From Hydrolagus colliei (lineage: Eukaryota): DNA of 64,000 nucleotides. Shown here piece after piece: positions 26,330 through 38,380 of this stretch. Every line of letters starts with the position of its first letter. Position 1 is the stretch's first letter. The notes beneath the pieces were generated by a model. The model was not told the origin of the DNA. It saw only the letters and a program-made list of their open reading frames with translations, and searched no databases. The position numbers and the translations under genes are program-made. The stretch covers positions 186,001 through 250,000 of the forward strand of contig CM068769.1 in NCBI GenBank assembly GCA_035084275.1. The letters are read 5' to 3'.

Positions 26330-26375
26330 ATGCCGTATAGGTTCCCAGCACAAGACACGCAGCAAAAAGCCCCAT
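26330..26375 (-). pseudogene. Orphan V leader exon with promoter (no cognate V exon before the next leader)
   Basis: MGLFAACLVLGTYTA T|gtgcga. It is paralogous to leaders 24939 and 58660, including the promoter and intron start. Confidence 0.8.
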
Positions 26376-27086
26376 TTGTTGGTCTGCAGCCTGTGTGGTT
26401 GTGTCTCAAACATGAGTTTGCTGATATCCCACAGTGATTGTGCGTCATTGGCGGAGTCCACAGTCTCACGTCACCTGATTGACACCAAAAACGGGTTTCA
26501 AATACAACAACCTATGGCTTTTAAACAGGATCCTATCACCAGTCAGGGGGTGGAGTGAATCCTCTTTCTCGTCTCCTGTTAACGTACCAAGCCAAAGCGT
26601 TAATTGTTCGAAAGATAACACTAATCATGTAATAACACATGTAGCGTTACTGCGTCTCAAAGCGCTTCATATTTTATTATTCGGGCCTGATAATAATCCC
26701 ACAAGTAAAAAACAAGGAAAACATGATAAATTTGTCAATTCAATCCACATTTGTTTATGTGAAACTGCTGTCTGCAATTGGCTATTGCGTTTTGCATTGG
26801 AAAAATACTGGAGTCAGCTCACTGGTCAGTACATTCTGAGAAGCTGTTTGAGTCGCCTTGAAGACGTCTATAACAATTACCATGGTGCTTCCGACTGAAC
26901 GCCGGCTAAACAGAGTTATTTGTGTGTAAAGTAAGGACTAATGCAACTTGAGCGCTACAACCGATCCACAGGACTCCCCAGCTTGTGAACACCACCCGGT
27001 CAGCTTTGCTTGTTGCTTGTCTAACGACATCGGTTTTTTTGAAAGCGCCAAGGAAAGCGAGCGAGAGGAAGTCACGATTGTCTGTT

Positions 27087-27125
27087 GGGTTTTGAACAGT
27101 CTACCAGCTCTCCTGTAACAGTGTG
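27087..27125 (-). other. Degenerate 23-RSS of V 27126
   Basis: CACACTG - 23 nt - TCAAAACCC. Confidence 0.8.
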
Positions 27126-27405
27126 GGCTCCAGGGCACAGTGATACACGGCGCTGTCACCCGCATCAGCCCTGAGCATCTGCAAGTTAATGACTTGATTC
27201 TCCTTGATCATCGCGACAGCTAGACAAGCTCCAGGTATACCAGGAGCTTGGACTGCAGTACTCGAGGTATAGATCTTGAGGAAGTACTGAAGAGCTCCAC
27301 CAGGAAATAGTGTACAATAGTATTCCAGTAGACAGTGTACAATCCCGAAACACTGCAGGTTAATCTCACGTCCTGTCCCTCAAATACAGCCACCTCAGGA
27401 GGCAG
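27126..27405 (-). pseudogene. TRAV/TRDV: TCR alpha-like V pseudogene (frameshift, 5' end missing)
   Basis: LPPEVAVFEGQDVRLTCSVSGLYTVYW, then after a frameshift PGGALQYFLKIYTSSTAVQAPGIPGACLAVAMIKENQVINLQMLRADAGDSAVYHCALEP. Confidence 0.88.
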
Positions 27406-28704
27406 CTTATGAGGGCGAAATAACATAAAATATAAACAAAATGGCATGCAGATTGCTTCTTGATCAATATTAGTCATTGGTGAGACAAACGGTTGTACAT
27501 CTAAGCTGAAGCTGCGAAAGGTTACATGAGGGAATCTATGTCAACTGTTACAGGAAACACCTGTTGCAGTGCAATGTCCATTAGTAGCAGAAGTAGCTTA
27601 ATTTCATGTAAGTTGCAGCTCATGTTATATGTGTCATTAAGGCACCGCCTACTGGTGAGTAGCTGCAACAGCACGTGGACAATTGGAGACATGTGATCGC
27701 AAATTGGTTTTGTGCCTGTCTTAACTTCCCTGGTCCTATCTCCTCCTTTGGAAATTGATACATTAGTCTCATTTCCTGCTCATTCCTCAGGTTGGTGGGA
27801 AATTAGACTCAAATCCAATTCGAAATTTGTGTGCGTTTCGCCCACAAAATATTCAGTCAATTAACTTTATAGTGTATTCTGCGAAGAGCTTTCAGGCGTC
27901 AAGAAGACGTAAAACGCGATATGTCAAATGCAAGGACTAATATTATTACTATTTACATTCCTTGACGTTTATCTGCTTATATATAATCCCGCAATATAAT
28001 TTATTTCTCTACGCTTCCCCATTATTCATTGCTATCAATACAAAGAGGCTCCGAAAATGTATAACTTTCTGGTTCAATCCTTCCACCTTGCCCACATTTA
28101 CACCACACACATCATGTGGTCTACTGTAGTTCAGTGGTTAGAACGCTTGCCTTAAAAGCTTGAGCCCTTTGTTTCGAATCCAGGTAGTACAGGGCGAAAC
28201 CTTGGGCAAGTTTACTTACTCTACATGCCTACTAATAATCCGTCCCCAAATTCCTATTTTAGCAAGACCATTTTAAACTATTTAAGTCAAAATAATATAT
28301 ATTTAACAACACTAATCCTTACATTTGACAGTACGCTATATCACATCTTCGAGATGCATCAAAGCAATTTGCAGAATGTATTTTAAACGATTTAACTGCT
28401 GTTTGCTCGCATCAGTCATCCATTGAAAGAATGTTCAATTTATTATTGGTGGTAGTTGTAGTATTATTTCGAAGGAAGTTATGCCCCTGGAAAAAGGATT
28501 CACCGATCAACAATCGACGGATTCCTAGTTATAGCTCAGAAAACCGATTCCCGTGTGTGGAGTCAGCAATTTTGCTGAACATTTCGCATTGTCGGGAATC
28601 GAACCCATTTGTATCTCATTTGTGAGGCGAGTGTTTCTCTGCCGAGCTACAGGACTCCACATGGTAGTTTTTGTAGGGCGGTAACGTTGGTCTGTGTCTC
28701 TGTA

Positions 28705-29017
28705 GGGCTCGATGCAGAGTAATACACCGCCGTGTCTGTAACGCTCATTTGGGATATATTTAGTGGAACGGTTCGCCCCGCTTTATCCAAATTTGTTAAG
28801 AAACGTTCTTTTGCAAATTCTTCACGAATCTCTTTGTTGGTGCTGATGTGTACCATGAGGATATATTCTGGAGCTGCGTTGGGACAGTGACGGTACCAGA
28901 ATATATATGGAGTGCTGTCGCTTGTAGCTGTATAATTACACAACATATAGGCATATTCCCCCTCATTCACTGTCACAGTAGATTGGAGCTGTGTCATAGA
29001 GTCTCCACCACAAAGCC
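28705..29017 (-). CDS. TRAV/TRDV: TCR alpha-like V exon; ORF open but 2nd-Cys replaced by Ser and RSS heptamer defective (probably non-functional)
   Basis: Acceptor tttccag|GG. Reads GLCGGDSMTQLQSTVTVNEGEYAYMLCNYTATSDSTPYIFWYRHCPNAAPEYILMVHISTNKEIREEFAKERFLTNLDKAGRTVPLNISQMSVTDTAVYYSASSP. The RSS is TACAGAG-23-ACAAAAACT (28666-28704). Confidence 0.9.
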
Positions 29018-29336
29018 CTGGAAACCAGAAATACGTCATCATTCAATACAACAACAACAATTCTAATGATTCTCTTGTGATTAATGTGGCTGAAGTCGTT
29101 GATACGTCTCCAAATTCAAAGCATACAATTTTACAACACAGAAGTTTCATGTAAATGTTGACAAACTGGACAAACTTATCGCCATGTCCTTTCAGGGAAT
29201 TGAACAAAATCCCTATGAACACTGATCTAATGGACACTACAACTCTAAAATCTCTTGTTGGAGTATTAGTTATATTATGCAATGAAATTTAGGCGTTGGA
29301 TAATACATTCGGTAAAAATACTTATAGAATCCTTAC

Positions 29337-29382
29337 CTGACAATGTAACGATGGCTGCTGCCACGTTGATATACATTGCCAT
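29337..29382 (-). CDS. Leader exon of V 29017
   Basis: MAMYINVAAAIVTLS G|gtaagg; 46 nt. Confidence 0.85.
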
Positions 29383-30701
29383 ATGTACAGAACGGCCCTG
29401 CTTCCGCACATCGGCGTCCCTCAAGTGGCTTGGGTTCGAGAGGAACAATTTCTTCAAAGGAATTCTCATCCCCAGGAAAGCGATTCGGTCAATCGGTCAA
29501 AAAACTGGTTCCTCCTTATTTCAATGTAAATAGATGTGTGTGGAGTAAGGCGGTTTGCTGAGTGTTTCACCCTGCGGCGATTCCAACACAGGTTCTCTTG
29601 TTTGCAACGCAGGTTCTCTAACCATTGAGTTGCAGTAACCCCAGCATGTTTTTGTACATGTCCTTCTTAAACACACATCACTCCGCACAGAAGTAAGTGG
29701 CGGAGTCAGACACTCGCAAGCCTCGGATCGATAATGTGCTATTTTTTCCCACAGTCAAAGCATTTATCCTCTCCTTCCGTTTCATCTCTCTTGATCCCAA
29801 CACTAGTGATTGGATGGATCCGTTTCTATACTGTTTGTACCATGGAAAGATTGGGTTTCATACAGTGGTGATGCACTCTATAGATGCATTTCCATTTTCA
29901 GTCTCCGTCATGGAACAGACATGAACATTCTAGCAAAGAAAATAGGAAAAAAATTGCAAGAAAAATGTAGTTAATAGGAAAACAAGAATATGTTTGTCCA
30001 AACTGGGGCTTTACTTACAGAAGCTCAGAATCTTTAAATTAAGAATAATTTGCGTGACGGTGCTACATGGCTTCATTCTTAATCCTCGCTGGGTCTAGTC
30101 AAAATCTGTCAGGTAAATGCAACGGGAAATAATGCAAAGCCTGACAAGCGTTTATGAAAGTTTGTCGAATGCTTTTAGCAGTGCGGGTTATACTGATATT
30201 CTGGGTGACGGCTTTACTGACATCTCACTTCCGGTATGTTGTCTTGTGCTACATTCATTCGCTAATCGACTAACATAAGGGGTCACACTTAGAGCTGTTA
30301 AAACAGAGTCATGTTTGTGGATGACGAAAACACCAAATGGTCCTCCCAGCTCGATAGGTGACACACGATTTCGTAAGAGGGAAGTGTTGCACCCATTAAA
30401 GTGAAGGACATATCGTTGATTGATTCCAAGCAAGCAGGGCAATAGACTCGAGTTCAATACAAGGCTAGACAACTGCAGTGGAGGAATTGTGAGGATTCGA
30501 AGATTTGGGCTGATCTCCTCTGCATAAGTCCTGCCGATGAACCCGGCCGGGCTGTGTTGTAATCAACAGTGAGAACCACTGGGAAGAATTCTGACAATGT
30601 GTTACCAACCTGCAGATCAACTCTGCTAATACATGTTCTTTTCTGCTAAATGAGGACAAGGGATTTTACTCAGAGCATAGTGAGAAGTTACACAGTTCAT
30701 C

Positions 30702-30735
30702 GCCGCCATCTGGCGGTAGTAAGGTGGTACTGCAG
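30702..30735 (-). promoter_or_regulatory. CTCF-binding motif with upstream module, copy 1
   Basis: Minus strand: CTGCAGTACCACCTTACTACCGCCAGATGGCGGC (TGCAGTAC upstream motif plus a CCGCCAGATGGCG core). Confidence 0.7.
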
Positions 30736-31071
30736 ATTACTTTCGTTAATTTGAACACAAAAAGGAGGAAATTCGGTCCATTGAGTAGGTGCCGCCTTTT
30801 GAAAAGAGCAATTCAATCCCGCTCACCAGTTGTCTCCCCATAACCGCGCAATCCCGTATTCCCCAAATAAATGTATACCTGATATGTCTTGATCAGAAAT
30901 CAGACTAAAGACTGTCGCAGGTGGTTTGGGAGTGTGAGTCGGGGGTTGGTTGGAAGCTATGAATGATTCTGACAACGTGTTACCAAGCTGCAGATCAGGT
31001 CTGGTCAAACTTTCTTTTCTCAGCTGAAGGAGAACAAGGGATTTCACTTGGAGGCAGTTACACTGCGCATC

Positions 31072-31105
31072 CCCGCCATCTGGCGGTAGTAACGCAGTAC
31101 TGCAG
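31072..31105 (-). promoter_or_regulatory. CTCF-binding motif with upstream module, copy 2
   Basis: Minus strand: CTGCAGTACTGCGTTACTACCGCCAGATGGCGGG. It lies within a ~170-bp direct duplication of about 30575-30740. Confidence 0.7.
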
Positions 31106-34100
31106 GATTTTGTTTAACGTTAATTGAACAAACAATAACTGCATAATAGTATCAGGGGAGATGTACAAAATGGAAATCGGTTCTCGGCTTTAAGTCTCTG
31201 AAAATTTTTACAGTATTGAACTGACTTGAGGCGCAAAGCAATAATAATTATCGTGGCTATTGATATAAGTTTTTACACATTCTCTGCATATCTTGTGGGA
31301 AGCTCATGGAATTTACCATCAAGTGAATTAACCGTACATTTGTGGTGACATTTGTCAGAGAATTGAGCAAAGCAGATTCCCACAAAGCTTCGTGGATAGA
31401 TGTGACCAATTCATCAATTTTGTTAGAATGACTACAGGTAATGTGCTGGGATTCAATTGGGGCATGATTAATTATATAAACACGTGTTAACTGATGAAAA
31501 TGTATTGGACGTTTACAATAGAACACTGACGAGAAACGCAAAACGTGATCCTACGTAATCGTGATGAAGAAACCCATACTGTTTGCGCTTTGTTTTTGAA
31601 AAATTAATTATATCTGAATTGAATACACTAATACCGCATTCAGCCACTGGGCAGTTATCGTTTTGTGAACACAAGGAGTGAATAGAGTGCAACACCGCCA
31701 ACTTTTGGACATATGGTTGTACTGCAGACTTTCATGTCAATGCCCATCTGCCTGGACTTGGGGAATATTGCATTCTCTCTCCCCAGCCAAACACGCCCAC
31801 CCCCACCCCCACCTCGCCGCACCCATTCAGTGCCATATTGCTTTCAGTTATTGGGTGAGTCAGAAAACTGGTAATAAGGTGCTCTGCGGAATTTTAACTA
31901 ACTATTTTTATCCCTGCTGTCAGCACATATTTGTCAGTCTTATCAACGGGTTCTGTGTTTGAATTGCTTCTGTGTATTTTGAATTACAGCAACAATAGCA
32001 TATACTAAGATAGCACTGCTTAAACAGAGTAGTGCGTCAGAGCTCGACATAGTTGTGGAGCATGATGCTTGGTCAGAATGAATGGGGAGAGGATCGTATG
32101 TACACCCACCCCTACATTTATCCGCTCACCATCCTCACACAACACAACCAGCTTCTCCCCATTCTCGCCTTCTCGCAGGCCATCTCAATATTTTACAGTT
32201 ACAAGAAATGTATGTAAGTATCAACGGTTTTACAATGTGCTCAACTGTGTCTCCTATTGGACCTCAAAATATTTAGAGAATCCAAACAAATCCCTACTAA
32301 TTCTGTGCAATTCACCTAAACATGGGATTTCTCATCTGTTCGAATGCAATGTGCTCTCCCTCTCAATGGAAAAAATGCATTCTCACTAACCAATTGTAGA
32401 GAGTATAAAGCTTTATATCCGCACACCAATGAAAACAATGCCTAAGAAAACCAACATTACATTGGTCATTTTAATACAGGAATGTTTGTGGTACACTGCA
32501 TTGCGAAACTGGCTGCCACAGTTCACATACATTTTACTGTATATGATGTGAGGAACCATGGGACGCCTAGACGACGTGGAAAGCTCTATTTCAAATTGAA
32601 GTTATATTATTCTCATTCTTATGATGATGACTGATAATCTCGTCCCTCCTCTTACTTTGTTTCATGTCCCCGGCCCTTCCCACAGCCTCATTGCCAAATG
32701 GGTTATCAGCTTATTATCTTCCCAATTCAGGAACTCCATCCGAGATTCACTTTGCAGTCCAACGTCACATTCTGACTTTCAAATCTAGCTCAAAACGTTC
32801 CTCTTTGAATCGTCATCACTAGTTCCCCCATCCCCATACACTCATCCCTCCCCTTCGCACCCCAAGCGCAAACACCAGCTCAGATACCAACCCCAATGTG
32901 TGCAGTCACTCGGGACGTTGTATCAAGAGAAAAAATATAGTTTATACATCTGATTTATGGTTGTTATCTCATGCTGACACAGACATTTAGATGGGATACT
33001 GATGACAGACCAGCCCGTCTGGCTGATGGAACGGTCTGCACTGCTGTTGACTGAACATGTGGGAATATGATGTGAACTGTAAATTAAATCACTGCCAATT
33101 AAATAAAAAAAACTATTGTAATAATAGTCGTAATCTTTGCATTGCTATTGCAGCATTTCACACATTAACGACGTCTCAAGGCGCTTCACAGAACAAATTG
33201 TAAAGTGAGTTGACTATGTATTTTGTGGTCAAAATTCGGAAAGCGATTTCCGCACAGCAGTATCCAAAAAAAGTCGTGGATTGAAATGACCAATTCTATT
33301 GCATTATTGTTGTTTTATTTTCGACGGATTATTATGTGGCTTGTGTGTGTGGAGTAAGGAAACGTGTCCATGGTCTGCACGCAGGTCTCATGCATATAAT
33401 GCGAGTGCTCGAACAATTGAGCGACAGGATCTACAAATTTTCAGATTTCGAACACAGATATATTCAAACTCACAGAGACTTTTGGTACTGTATGAATGTA
33501 ACTTCTATATAATCACGAGCATGTAAAGATTAGCGTTGCTAGTTTGTATCTATTGCCTTCTCCTTCTCTCTGAAGAATGTTTATCTTGACGCCAGTGAGT
33601 GAGCAATACGCATTACAGAATTTTCCTGATCTTTTTGCTCAACCCTCTCATCTATACAATCAATTAGGTTACCACAATGCAGTACGCAGACACTCTCATC
33701 ATAATAATCCCTTGCCTACTGGAACAACGTCAGTGAAAACAAGAGCAGTTGGAGACCACAGCTAGTTTTCATATCCCCCCAACTCCAATTCCACATCACA
33801 GGTCATGTCTTATCACCAACCAAAACATTGCTTGTTTTCGTACATTCTTCATCCAAATCATGTCCTATTACATACTTTATCATTCTTTAGCATTACATTC
33901 AGGCATGAAAAAGATGAAAAAGCAAGAGAATATATATATCTACATATGTCTCTCTCTCTAGAAATGTTCCTTTCTAAAAATTGTGTCAAATATATGTTAG
34001 CAACGCTTCCTAAAAGAACACCTATTTTCCCGTCAACATTAATAAAGTGATTTGAGCCATTTTACTGAAGCGAACGCTGCGAAATAAAACGTGACAGTTA

Positions 34101-34347
34101 TTGCTGTACTTGTAATTTTTTGGTGCATGTAGCCGCTCAGCCTTCAAGCGGTCAAATCCACATCATAGCTTACAGGAGACAGACAGAGAATTTGGAAGTG
34201 AGTGAAGTGAGTGAAGTGAGAGAATTTGGAAGTGAGTGAAGCGTGCGAGCAAAGGCGGGAAATTATAGCGAGACTAAGAGAAAGATGCCATGGACTAACT
34301 TAGAGGATAAACTGGAGACGGGCTGGATTCTGAGCTTTGAGAGGAGA

Positions 34348-34508
34348 TCAATGGAGACGTTGGCGCGACTGTTTAATAACCCTTTCTTGTCTCTTGTCTG
34401 GTTTCATTGGTCGGCATTCCACCACCAGCAACACAATACTAACCAGCAACACTACGATGGCCAGGCTGATCCGGACACTGTTGATAATTTCCATCCTATT
34501 CCAGCAAC
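34348..34508 (-). CDS. TM/cytoplasmic exon of an LRC-like (LILRA/NKp46/FCAR/GPVI-type) activating receptor
   Basis: Acceptor ctacctcacag|GT (phase 1). Reads CWNRMEIINSVRISLAIVVLLVSIVLLVVECRPMKPDKRQERVIKQSRQRLH*. Confidence 0.8.
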
Positions 34509-35680
34509 CTGTGAGGTAGACATGATTAGTCAATTAATCATGATTACACTTGCCAGCTGGTTGTCCAACAAAATGGAAAACAACAACTTCGATTTGTACA
34601 GCGCCCTCCTCGCAGGGCGGCGTCTCAACCCATCACCATGGTTAAACATATTCATTCAAGTTTGAAAGCGACACATCTGAATACTCCAATGTACAGTGAA
34701 ATGGATTAGAAGGTATTTAGGATGGTTGGCACGGAAACAACGACATTAGCATTTTATTTGAGTTCGCCTTTGATGTCGGGAATACTTCCCAATGAGAAAA
34801 AGTAGGAGATGGTAGAACATGGGTGAGATACGGCTTGATGAACTGGGGGTAAGTTGGATAGCGTGGTAGAGGTGAGGTGATAGAGGATGCAGCCGGTTAT
34901 TGGGTGGGATTAGGGGAGAGACGTGGAGGCGAGAGGAGATGGGGTGTAGAATGTGCTGTGACGCGCAGAGGGGAGAGTGGGGAGGGACGGTAGGAATATG
35001 TGGACGAAAGCAGGAGAGCAGAGAGTGAATAGGGTTTAGAGAAGTGGGAGAATAGTGAGAGGGAGAAAATCGGGGAGACGGACTGATGAAGAGATAAAGA
35101 TAGGGAGAGAGCAGAGAGAGGGTGGGTTGTTCGAGAGAAGAGTGCGAAAGCGTGTTAGAGGGAGTAGACGGAGAGAGGGAGAGGATAGTGACACGTGGGG
35201 AAAGAATGGCTAGAAGGTGATTGGGGGGGGGGCGTAGTGGAGAGAGGGGTCAGAATGGGGGAAGTAGAGATGTTGAAAGCGGGTATGGTTGGGAGGAAGA
35301 CGGGAGGATGGCAAAGGTAGATGGGGGAGAGCGGTTATAGAAGAGGCGGATTTGACAGTGGAGAGAGTTCGGAGAGGAGGAGAGACTGTGTGGGTCGCAG
35401 GAGTAGGGAGTGTGTGGAATCGAGAGGCAGGGGAAAGAGAGAGGGGAAAGATCACTGCACACGGGACACAATCTCTGCTGTGTAGCTATCACTTGGGAGT
35501 TTGGGTCTGGAAACGTTTTTACCGAGTGGATCAGTTTCCGTCCGTGTCAAACACTCAAAGTGACACAAGGAGACAACAAGGAAATGTGATCCTCTAGTGT
35601 AAAGGATGGTTACATCAGGGGCAGGTGTAAGTGGTCCAAAGGCAAAGATACTATTGTGTGAGATTTTACTCTGCTCTTAA

Positions 35681-35957
35681 TTCGCAGAAAGATTCTCGCT
35701 GGATCACTCTCTGGTGATATAAATTCCCGGCCGCCTATGTGTGTAGTACATTTACACGAGTAATTACCTGCACTGATGTTCGATGAGGTGAATGTAGCCA
35801 TGTTGTTTTTCTTTGTAACTGTTTGAGATATGATAAGCTCTCTGTCTTGGTAGAAAAAGAATTTGCTGCCAGGATGATTCACAGAACACGAGATCTCAGC
35901 GGTATCTCCTATCCCGGAATTCCGTGTTCAGGGAAATATTGGGTTTCTGGAGAGGAT
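35681..35957 (-). pseudogene. Disabled duplicate C2-type Ig exon
   Basis: DPLQKPNISLNTEFR, then a frameshifting deletion, then GDTAEISCSVNHPGSKFFFYQDRELIISQTVTKKNNMATFTSSNISAGNYSCKCTTHIGGREFISPESDPARIFL. The donor position reads ttaaga instead of gtaaga. Confidence 0.82.
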
Positions 35958-37037
35958 CTCGAATCCAAACACAATAAAGGTAATCTCACAGACACTCGTT
36001 TACTGACACGGATCAGTTGAGGTAAAAGTGACAATCGTTTTGTCTGATAGCGTGGAGTACACATCAAGAAATGTTGGTGGGGGAGGAGTGGGAGTGGCAG
36101 GTTTTTCGTTGCACTGTCTGAAGGATAGCAGCCGACGGCAGGAGTCGGCGGGCCATGAAGGACTGTGAGGCTACAGTAACACACAGCTCCAGATATGTGC
36201 AGGCTGACGGCAAAGCAGTCTGAACCTCTCTTGCTTTGTTCAAACATCTCGTTAATCAACACAATACAATAGAATTACATTTTGACGGCCGCGGTGAGGA
36301 ATTCAAACCGACAATTTAGGAGCTACAAGTACAAGTACGAATGTGACGGTGCAACTCACTATACAAAACTCAACTCAGATCCACTGCCATTACAGTTCCA
36401 CATTCCGATCAGCACCAATCTTAGCCCCACCCCCAGCTCAGAACTAATCCCATCTCTGGATGCAACTCCAGCTGAGCCCACAAATCGAGATCATCCCTCA
36501 ACCCCAAATCGGCCCATATCAGCCAAACAATGTCCCCAAAGGCAGCTCAACAACACCCCACCCCCATCTCAGCCGCACCCCAAGCTCAGACCCCACTCAG
36601 AAATCAGCCCCAACACCCAGATCCGCCAGTTCCAGCAACTCAGCTCCTTTCCACAGGTCAGATCAAACTCCAGGTCAGATGCCTTCCCCAACTCGGCCCC
36701 AAACCCATCTTAGCTCCTTAATTATCAACCTGATTAAAGCAGCGATATGTGGGTTAACAATTTCTTGTCTCACGCACTCTGAAATGGTATGGATTGAGTC
36801 GACATCTTTTTTCTCATTCTAGCCGAAACCTCACTTGCCTCATGGGGTCGCTCTCGAGTTTGTTTAGGAAACTGGTTTGTCATGGGGATGGGATTCTGTC
36901 CGGGTCAAACACTCCAGGTAACATCAGGAGACAACATGGAAATATGATCCACCGAAGTAAAGGGTGGACACAGGAGGAGCAGGTGTATGTGGTGCTAATG
37001 GTCTATGTTATTGTGTGATATTTTACTCAGCTCTTAC

Positions 37038-37319
37038 GCTGTACAGAGATTCCCACTCTATCACTCTGTGTTGATGTGAATCCTCTGCCGCCGATGTGTG
37101 TAGTATAGTTACACGAGTAATTCCCTACACTGATGTTGGATGAGGTGAATGTGGCCGTGGTGTTATTCTCTGGAGCTGGTGAAGTGATCAACTCGTTGTC
37201 TCTGTAGAAATGGAAATTGCTGCCAGGATAGTTCCCAGAACACGAAATAACAGCACTTTCCCCCCACACAAACACCCGGGAGACTGGCTTCACGGAAATG
37301 GTTGGTTTCTGGACCGGAT
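37038..37319 (-). CDS. Intact C2-type Ig-domain exon (LRC/LITR-like)
   Basis: ttttgattccag|AT...C|gtaaga; 282 nt, phase 1-1. Reads DPVQKPTISVKPVSRVFVWGESAVISCSGNYPGSNFHFYRDNELITSPAPENNTTATFTSSNISVGNYSCNYTTHIGGRGFTSTQSDRVGISVQ. There is no RSS. Confidence 0.88.
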
Positions 37320-38104
37320 CTGGAATCAAAACACAGTAAAGACCATTTCATAAATTCTCGCAACGCAATAGCGACATGGTTCAGATCAGAGTTAAACTGT
37401 TCATCAACTTGTCTCACCGCGTGGAATACAAAACGGGTGCAGTAGGAGGGATTGAGCGGTCGAAATCAGAAAATTTTCCTTACACAGTTGGAAGGGACGC
37501 ATAGGTTTGGGGACGGGGAGGAATGAAGAGTAGTGAGTCAATGGTAGGCACGGTTGCAGACTTGGCCAGGATGACCCTCTCTACTGATCTACAGATGTCG
37601 CTTCATACGACATGATAACGTTTGCGGCCAGTGAATCAAACCGAGAAGTTAAGAGCCACAGCTTCACAGAAAGTGGATTGAGAGGGTTGGATTCACTGCT
37701 TGAATGACAGTATTATCCCAAACATATCCCAGGGCGCACCACCATCTCAGACCCCAAACCTGAGTACTATTCGATCCGCAGTTCAGACACATACAAACTC
37801 AGCCCTATCACAGCTCAACCTACACACAGATAACCCCCATTCGTAGCACAGCCCAACACTCAGGTCACTCCAACCATGAGCTCAACCACAATCCCACATC
37901 ATCCTCCAAATAGCAGATCAGCCCCATTCGCAGCTGTTGATGTTTGTGTGGGAAGAAACATTTGGCAAATTTTCGTATTTCACCAACCACTGTAACGTCG
38001 AAATTAGCAGGAACCCGGTTGTTAGTCGACTAATGCTTCATCGGTAAATATTGTCCGCTTACTCAACATTATGTTTTGTGTCGCCATTTGAAGCATCTCA
38101 ATAA

Positions 38105-38380
38105 TTTGATATTAAATAAGAACATAAGAATTAGGAGCAGGAGTAGGCCATTCGGCTCTTCGAGCCTGCTCCGCCATTCAATAAGATCATGGCTGACCTT
38201 CTCACCTAACTCTGATTACCTGCCTTATCGCCCATATCCTAATATCTCTATTTTTCAAAAATCTATCTTTCTCAGCCTTGAAAATGTTCAAGGACTGATC
38301 ATCTACAGCCTTTTGTGGTAGGGAAATCCATAAATGCACTGCACTCAGAGTGAAGAAATGTTTCCTCAAGTCTGTCTAAA
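38105..38380 (-). mobile_element. CR1 LINE 3' end
   Basis: aagaacataagaattaggagcaggagtaggccattcgg... (reverse of the CR1 tail). Confidence 0.88.

Noticed and set aside
30188-30472. 94-aa minus-strand ORF after a cactgcag acceptor-like site
   Set aside because: No recognisable domain or motif and no link to the receptor gene, whose TM exon already ends in a stop.
36140-36250. SLHISGAVCYCSL followed by CACAGTC, resembling a V 3' end
   Set aside because: There is no nonamer at 12 or 23 nt and no upstream V framework (first Cys or Trp); probably chance.
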